Shown in pieces: positions 58,556-64,000 of a stretch of 64,000 nucleotides of DNA (the first letter of the stretch is position 1; each line of letters starts with the position of its first letter). The position numbers and the translations under genes were made by a program. Under the pieces are notes generated by a model, which did not search any database, was not told the origin of the DNA, and was given only the letters and a program-made list of their open reading frames with translations. The DNA is from an uncultured Candidatus Saccharibacteria bacterium (GTDB taxonomy: Bacteria > Patescibacteriota > Minisyncoccia > UBA6257 > Colwellbacteraceae), in NCBI GenBank assembly GCA_964360065.1, contig CAYHTW010000001.1, positions 86,289-150,288 on the forward strand, written 5' to 3'.

Positions 58556-59822
58556 TTTTTAGATAAGCTGAGAGATCTTTAATCTCTATTCTCTCTTGCT
58601 TCATTGTGTCGCGGTCGCGGACAGTGACCATTTTATCTTCCAAGGTTTCAAAGTCAACAGTAACGCAGTAAGGCGTACCAATCTCATCCTGACTGTAGTA
58701 ACGCTTGCCGACATTACCTCTGTCATCCCAAGCGGCAGAAAATTCTTTCTTCAGACTCTCATAAATTTCTTTGGCTTTGGCAACAAGTTCCGGCTTGTTC
58801 CTTAAAAGAGGAAAGACCGCCACTTTATAGGGAGCAAGTTTTGGTTTTAATTTTAAAACTACCCTGCCCCCTTCTTCTTCGTAAGCGTCACAAAGTACCG
58901 CCAAAACAGAACGATCTACTCCCCAAGTCGGTTCTATAGCGTGAGGATAGAATGCCTCGCCGCTTTCATTATCTTTATACGGAGCTTCTTTAAAGTGATT
59001 TTTCAGGTCAAAGTCGGTACGGTAAGCGAGGCCGTAAAGCTCTTTCCTGCCGAAAGGATAATCGTATTCAAAGTCTATGGTTTTTTTGGAATAATGAGCG
59101 CGTTCACCATCCGGAATGTCCAGTTCGTGAACACTACTTTCCTTCAGGCCCAACTCATCAGTTATCCAAGCCCACATTTCTTTTCTCCAATGCTCAAATG
59201 AATTCCCCCAATCAGCTTCTTTAATAAAGTATTCTATCTCCATCTGCTCAAACTCCCTGGTACGGAAAATAAAGTTGCCTGGTGTTATTTCGTTCCTGAA
59301 AGCTTTGCCGATTTGGGCAATACCAAAAGGAAGAGTTTTTCTGGAAGTATCCAGAACATTTTTAAAATCAACGAACATGGCCTGGGCAGTTTCGGGACGG
59401 AAGTAAACAGTGTTAGCCTCCTCCTCGGCGGGACCTAGGTATGTCTTCAACATCAAATTAAATTGCCTGGCTTCCGTCCAGTCTTTCTTGCCGCACTGCG
59501 GACAAGTTTCATTATTCAGTTGATCTGTGCGAAAACGTGAGTGGCAACTCCTACACTCAACCAAGGGATCCGAGAAATTAGACAAATGGCCGCTAGCCTC
59601 CCAAACCTTTGGATTCATTATCAAAGCGGCATCAATACCCACCATATCTTCCCTCTGGTGGACAAAACGCTCCCACCAAAGAGCCTTAATGTTATTCTTG
59701 AGCTCAACACCCAGCGGGCCGTAGTCCCAGGAGTTGGCCAACCCGCCATAAATCTCACTGCCTGGAAAAATGAAACCACGGCGTTTACATAAGGAAATTA
59801 TCTTATCAATAGAATCAACCAT
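58542..59822 (-). CDS. glyQS: Glycyl-tRNA synthetase (alpha2 dimeric type)
   Basis: IYGGLANSWDYGPLG motif, class II core, C-terminal anticodon-binding domain. Confidence 0.9.
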   Translation of the reverse strand: MVDSIDKIISLCKRRGFIFPGSEIYGGLANSWDYGPLGVELKNNIKALWWERFVHQREDMVGIDAALIMNPKVWEASGHLSNFSDPLVECRSCHSRFRTDQLNNETCPQCGKKDWTEARQFNLMLKTYLGPAEEEANTVYFRPETAQAMFVDFKNVLDTSRKTLPFGIAQIGKAFRNEITPGNFIFRTREFEQMEIEYFIKEADWGNSFEHWRKEMWAWITDELGLKESSVHELDIPDGERAHYSKKTIDFEYDYPFGRKELYGLAYRTDFDLKNHFKEAPYKDNESGEAFYPHAIEPTWGVDRSVLAVLCDAYEEEGGRVVLKLKPKLAPYKVAVFPLLRNKPELVAKAKEIYESLKKEFSAAWDDRGNVGKRYYSQDEIGTPYCVTVDFETLEDKMVTVRDRDTMKQERIEIKDLSAYLKNAIQ

Positions 59823-59827
59823 AAAAG

Positions 59828-61519
59828 TTATTGTACAACTCTCCCCTGATTTTCGGAAACGGTTTTATCTGAAGGCAATCTGGTGTCCACGCCCACTCCA
59901 GTTACAGAAATCGGCTGACCGGTAAAATCATCTATAGCTTTAACATGAATTTGTCCGATGATGGGCATATATAATCCTACTTTATCGGTAGTCGGGCGAA
60001 CCTCTACCTGGAATATGGCTTCTGGCGGTTTGCCGGTAATACCGGAGGTAGCAACAAGATTTTGTATTTTCCAGATAATCTGACCGCCATCCGCAGCAAT
60101 TTGAGGTTGGTCGGTGGTATTACTCTTCACCACGCTCGTGAAAACAACTCCATCCTGCAAAGGAACCACGACTTCAACATTACTCACATCAGACGAGTAA
60201 TTGGTGAGAGCCAAATGTATTGTAAATTGAGTAGAACCCCCAACCTTAGGCGGCCAAGGACCCTTGTTTACTATTCCCGCATCGGCGTCGCGGAATAAGC
60301 CAATGGCCTGCACAGTAATTTTCCCAGCTACTTTAGTTTCTATAGAGGCAAGGTTAACCGTGCTCGTCGCATCAACTAAATGAGGCACGGTTGGAGACTG
60401 AATGTTGGCTTCCGCTTTAAGGGTGAAGTTTTTATCGTTAAGTTTTTTAATCGGGTAATTAGACTTAACCTTAAGGGATAGTTGAGTTGTTTTTTCTTCG
60501 CCTGGATTAAGAATCTGCAAGTCTGGGACTGATGCGGCGGTCCATGTAACAGTCCTGTTAAAAGAGCTGAAGCTGCCTCCAATACTATTGATGGAAGAAA
60601 AATCAAACATCACACCGGTAAGTTTAGTAGAGAGCTGAATGTTCTGTAACGGTACGTCTGTATTGTTTTTGTAAACCAGGGAATAATTTAAAGTATCACC
60701 AGGATTAGCTATGTAATTATCTGAATTATTTAGGGAGATCCTTAATGAGATTGGTGAGGGAGAAACTGTAACAGTCGAGAATCTTTCCGCAATCACATAA
60801 TCCTGACCAATCAAAGTAACTACCACCTGAACTTTGATATCAAAAGTGGAATTGTCCGGCAGACTCACCTTACCCTTGGCATTTAGCTTGCCTGAAACGT
60901 CGGTGACTTCTGTAATCTGTTCCGAAGTTTTAGAAAACTGTGATGGATAAATAACTTTAAGGGATAACTTTTCGGCGCTCCCCGCGTTACCTCCTTTATA
61001 ATCTCCAGTTATCTCAAACTGCTCACCCGAGAAAACTGTAGCCGGAACGACTAAATTCAAATCAGCTTTTAGCGGAGTTACATCAAGCTCATAACTCTCA
61101 CTCTTCTTGAAGCGGGCGGAAATAGCCCTTGGCACATAAGTCATAGTGGCTGTGACAACGAGCTTATGGTTATCGGTAGGCACGGCCATAATCCTGAAAG
61201 TCTCCTGATGAAATCCACTCTCTGCGATGGCGCCCGTGTCTTTATTTAATATTTTTTTATTGTCAGCCTCGTTAACCGCAACCAAACCATCGGGAAGTTC
61301 CAAATCCAAGCTGGAACTACTTAAAGAGTTGCCAGAATCGTTCATAAAACTGACCTTAAGATCGAAAGATTCACCGATTACAATGTCAGCGGGAGAAGTA
61401 ATTTGAATACTTATACCTCCTGCGGCAACATAGCTCCAAGCATAGAAGCTAACTATAGCCAGGAGAGCTACAACAGCTAAGGCGATTGCAATCCTTCTTC
61501 TAGATTGAAAAAACTTCAT
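59828..61519 (-). CDS. Large membrane-anchored extracellular protein with repeated beta-rich domains
   Basis: N-terminal TM, Ser/Thr/Asn-rich, 563 aa. Confidence 0.45.
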   Translation of the reverse strand: MKFFQSRRRIAIALAVVALLAIVSFYAWSYVAAGGISIQITSPADIVIGESFDLKVSFMNDSGNSLSSSSLDLELPDGLVAVNEADNKKILNKDTGAIAESGFHQETFRIMAVPTDNHKLVVTATMTYVPRAISARFKKSESYELDVTPLKADLNLVVPATVFSGEQFEITGDYKGGNAGSAEKLSLKVIYPSQFSKTSEQITEVTDVSGKLNAKGKVSLPDNSTFDIKVQVVVTLIGQDYVIAERFSTVTVSPSPISLRISLNNSDNYIANPGDTLNYSLVYKNNTDVPLQNIQLSTKLTGVMFDFSSINSIGGSFSSFNRTVTWTAASVPDLQILNPGEEKTTQLSLKVKSNYPIKKLNDKNFTLKAEANIQSPTVPHLVDATSTVNLASIETKVAGKITVQAIGLFRDADAGIVNKGPWPPKVGGSTQFTIHLALTNYSSDVSNVEVVVPLQDGVVFTSVVKSNTTDQPQIAADGGQIIWKIQNLVATSGITGKPPEAIFQVEVRPTTDKVGLYMPIIGQIHVKAIDDFTGQPISVTGVGVDTRLPSDKTVSENQGRVVQ

Positions 61520-62030
61520 CTTCTTTGAGACGCGAATCGTTCAAGCAACGATTGCATAAGAACATTATATCCCGCGGCACGAAATAGGCAATCTTAACGC
61601 TGCCACAATTATCACAAATAGCATTCTTAGCATCGTAGCCCATAATGGAAATTATTCTCTTGTAGGTGTCCTTATCAATTGTCCCTCTGATGGCAGCCCG
61701 TTCCAATTCGTGCCAGAGATGAAGATCCGGCATACCGATGGGTGCCATCTGGCGGATGAAATCCAGGAATTTGAGAAACTCTTGGCTAGCCTTGGATGGC
61801 AATGAAAGAGCATCTACCACCTGCTTGGTGTCACCCCCCATTTCCACAATCCTCACATTAGCCAACCTACCAGGGATGAGATGGCCAGAAAGTTTTGAAG
61901 TAAGCTTCCTTAGGCTTTTAGCCTTGGCGCTAACTCTGCCAAGCTCCTTGGTATATAAGGTCAGTGTGCCGTCTATGTCTCCCCTAGGAGTTCGACCTAA
62001 AACCAGGGCCTTTGTATAGTATTCAACCAT
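61500..62030 (-). CDS. recO: DNA repair protein RecO (short form with C-terminal Zn finger)
   Basis: N-terminal OB fold; C-terminal CDNCG...CNRC. Confidence 0.6.
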   Translation of the reverse strand: MVEYYTKALVLGRTPRGDIDGTLTLYTKELGRVSAKAKSLRKLTSKLSGHLIPGRLANVRIVEMGGDTKQVVDALSLPSKASQEFLKFLDFIRQMAPIGMPDLHLWHELERAAIRGTIDKDTYKRIISIMGYDAKNAICDNCGSVKIAYFVPRDIMFLCNRCLNDSRLKEDEVFSI

Positions 62031-62139
62031 AACTAAGCTTAATTATAGCCTAAAAGGCCCAAATACGAGTTAGATCTAGTGGGGTTTGGCATTGATTGAC
62101 TTTTGGGTCTAACTGGGGTAAGATGTAGTGGTAATGAGG

Positions 62140-62164
62140 CTCCCTTAATCGGGAGGTTTTTATT
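62140..62164 (+). promoter_or_regulatory. Plus-strand intrinsic-terminator-like hairpin (CTCCC-ttaatc-GGGAG + TTTTTATT) within the 5' leader of the 3D-domain gene; possible attenuator/riboswitch expression platform
   Basis: No upstream plus-strand gene to terminate. Confidence 0.35.
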
Positions 62165-62171
62165 ACACGAA

Positions 62172-62615
62172 ATGAGTAAATATATAGCTTTAGCGGCTCT
62201 TTTCGTTGGTCTGGGAACATTAAAAATAGGAGTGATTGAAGGGGCGGTCGACAACTATACCCATGACCTGAGCTATCCATATACGGAAGGCTCGGCCTTG
62301 GTAAGCCAAAACCCCATCACCTCTACTCTCAAGTCTGTGGACGTTTTCGTGACCGCCTATTCTAGCCGAGTCGAGGAAACGGACTCAACACCTTTCATTA
62401 CTGCATCCGGCAGTACAGTGAGGTCGGGAGTGGTAGCTGCCAACTGGCTGCCTTTCGAGACTAAAATAAGAATCCCCGAATTATTTGGAGAAAAAGTCTT
62501 CACAGTTGAGGATAGAATGCACAGGAGAAACGCCGAGAAAATGGATATCTGGTTCCCGACCACCGAAGAAGCCCTGCGATTCGGCACGCAAGTGACCCGA
62601 GTCGAAATTTTATAA
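62172..62615 (+). CDS. 3D (MltA/RpfB-like) domain cell-wall-binding protein
   Basis: C-terminal DIWFPTTEEALRFG 3D-domain signature; start set at MSKYIALAAL. Confidence 0.7.
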   Translation: MSKYIALAALFVGLGTLKIGVIEGAVDNYTHDLSYPYTEGSALVSQNPITSTLKSVDVFVTAYSSRVEETDSTPFITASGSTVRSGVVAANWLPFETKIRIPELFGEKVFTVEDRMHRRNAEKMDIWFPTTEEALRFGTQVTRVEIL

Positions 62616-62688
62616 AGCGACAATAAACCCGATCTCTCGATCGGGTTTTTGTTTTCTTTAATTATCTCACTAAACCAAGCTTGTAAAT

Positions 62689-63891
62689 TTACTGAACAGC
62701 CAGATTGGCTCTTACTCTGCCCCAGCCATAATCTTTATCTTTTCCAGACCTGCCTAAATCTTTAGCGGTACTAAAGAGTTTACTTTCAACCTGACTCTGT
62801 GTATATGCGGGATGAGCATATTTCATAAGAGCTACCACGCCGGTAACCATAGGTGTCGCCATACTTGTACCGCTCCAACTAGCATAGAGGTTCCCCAAAA
62901 CGCTGGAGTAAATACTAACTCCAGGAGCGGTAATATCCAAAGCGCTACCCCTGCCGGAAAAACTGGCAACTTTATCACTGCTATTAACGGCGCCTACGGT
63001 AGTTGAATAACTGACGCAGCCTGGGATAGAAACGCCTCGGCTGCCGCTGTTGCCGGCGGCAACAATCACAATCACATTTTTCTGAATCGCATACTTAATC
63101 GCGTTAGTTAAGTCTGGTAAAACTCCGTCGCAGAAACCCTTATAAATGTAAGGCGCTCCTGTGCCCAGGCTTAAGCTAATAGCATCAGCGTTAAAATCAT
63201 CACTAGTCCCGTAAACACTGTCTAGCCCATTCACTGCCCAATAAATAGCAGCCACAACATCACTGAAGTAACCGGAACCTGTACTATCAAGCACCTTGCC
63301 CGCTATAACTCCCGCATCTGGCGCTACACCTTTAGCGTTGGGGTCAACTCCGTCAGCAGTAATGATTCCTGCCACATGGCTGCCGTGACCTTGATCATCC
63401 ATCGGATCGTTATCGTTATTCACAAAGTCCTTCCCTCCTAAATAGCTGGAACTTAATTCGGGGTGAAGGTAGTTGTACCCCGTGTCCAGCACTACCACTT
63501 TTCTGCCACTGCCGGTGTTACCGGAGGTCTGAACAATACCGGCTCCAATCTGCTTATTGGCGCTGGCACTCATTACGCCAGGTTGAAGACCCCTCAAAAC
63601 GCCGGCTTCTTCATCGTCTAAAGCGAATACCCTTACATCCTCGGCAAGAGATAGAGATTCGGCTACACCCTGCGAACAGCGAAGGGCTTTTAAAGTCTTT
63701 GCGTCTCTTACAACTTTACAACCAGAAGAAACTGCCTTACTTACCTCCTCTTCTGTGTGAGCAATAACTCTTTTATGAGTATCGCCCTTATCAACGGCTA
63801 CTTTGGCACTCACCGTTCCTACAAGAGCGAAAACCGTAATCAATGCAACTACAATGACCGAATATTTCCTAAAATTCATAATTTTTACCAT
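62689..63891 (-). CDS. Subtilisin-like serine protease (S8 family), secreted
   Basis: Catalytic triad motifs VVVLDTGY, HGSHVAGII, GTSMATP; signal peptide. Confidence 0.85.
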   Translation of the reverse strand: MVKIMNFRKYSVIVVALITVFALVGTVSAKVAVDKGDTHKRVIAHTEEEVSKAVSSGCKVVRDAKTLKALRCSQGVAESLSLAEDVRVFALDDEEAGVLRGLQPGVMSASANKQIGAGIVQTSGNTGSGRKVVVLDTGYNYLHPELSSSYLGGKDFVNNDNDPMDDQGHGSHVAGIITADGVDPNAKGVAPDAGVIAGKVLDSTGSGYFSDVVAAIYWAVNGLDSVYGTSDDFNADAISLSLGTGAPYIYKGFCDGVLPDLTNAIKYAIQKNVIVIVAAGNSGSRGVSIPGCVSYSTTVGAVNSSDKVASFSGRGSALDITAPGVSIYSSVLGNLYASWSGTSMATPMVTGVVALMKYAHPAYTQSQVESKLFSTAKDLGRSGKDKDYGWGRVRANLAVQ

Positions 63892-64000
63892 AAATATTTT
63901 ATGATTTTTTTATTAAGTTTTTATGATTTAAGTCTAATATATGGATAATAGTCTGTCAAAGCTCCACGGGACTCCTTAGAATGAGGTGATGACACGGCAA

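Noticed and set aside
60062-60606. Small antisense ORFs inside the large surface-protein and other genes throughout the window
   Set aside because: No motifs, embedded opposite well-supported long genes; treated as noise.

Overview
This is a gene-dense bacterial window with about 65 protein genes and 5 tRNA genes, and it contains one accessory defence island plus several unusual small repeat elements.

The gene content resembles a reduced-genome, Patescibacteria/CPR-like organism; that is an inference from content only, since no database search was possible. Supporting signs are many small housekeeping proteins, a ThrRS lacking the N-terminal TGS domain, a minimal pyruvate kinase, a queuosine-salvage pair, and no rplA following rplK.

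Core genes by position:
- 1-12 kb: dnaE (3' part), thrS, miaA, gatB, rplK-nusG-secE, gyrB, pheS, a tRNA-Met(CAU) and ligA.
- 12-22 kb: a complete type IV pilus / competence-pilus locus, in order: four minor pilins/pseudopilins, pilD, a major pilin with 4 Cys, pilC, pilT, pilB, pilO, pilN, pilM. comFC is transcribed divergently from it, and a DsbB / thioredoxin-like pair lies nearby.
- 29.5-44.8 kb: the DsbB / thioredoxin-like pair, ddl, a hydroxypyruvate-to-pyruvate operon (2-hydroxyacid dehydrogenase, glycerate kinase, enolase, minimal pyruvate kinase), tRNA-Ala(UGC), tsaC, tgt, rsmE, the DUF2419 queuosine-salvage gene and a tRNA-binding protein.
- 44.8-64 kb: xseB and xseA, tRNA-Ala(GGC), tRNA-Ser(UGA), dus, leuS, tatD, metG, an AI-2E transporter, an M16 peptidase, glyQS, recO, a 3D-domain protein, an S8 protease and two large repeat-containing surface proteins.

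The most interesting part is the accessory island at about 22.7-29.3 kb, wedged between comFC and tRNA-Ser(CGA):
- It is bounded by a roughly 118-bp direct repeat of the comFC 3' end.
- It carries a Fic toxin with a separate upstream SxxxEG antitoxin-like ORF.
- It carries an SRA-HNH modification-dependent (type IV) restriction endonuclease candidate.
- It carries a three-gene operon: MazG-like NTP pyrophosphatase, then a 769-aa protein, then the SRA-HNH gene.
- The 769-aa protein fuses a PD-(D/E)xK nuclease, a DUF2075 P-loop ATPase (Nhi-like) and a complete LexA-type S24 autopeptidase domain including the cleavage-site region. I read it as a candidate SOS/RecA*-sensing defence effector.
- It also carries an ImmA/IrrE HTH-metallopeptidase paired with a DUF4411 PIN-like protein.

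Other notable structures:
- A GC-rich palindrome family, CCGCC-N4-GGCGG (5-6 copies), occurs in intergenic DNA and in frame inside thrS, miaA and leuS.
- A hairpin element sits in frame within leuS, flanked by tandem heptamers.
- A 284-bp GIY-YIG cassette with perfect 20-bp terminal inverted repeats is inserted exactly between xseA and xseB.
- Partial tRNA-fragment duplicates lie next to two tRNA genes.
- A 520-bp non-coding block contains two palindrome copies.
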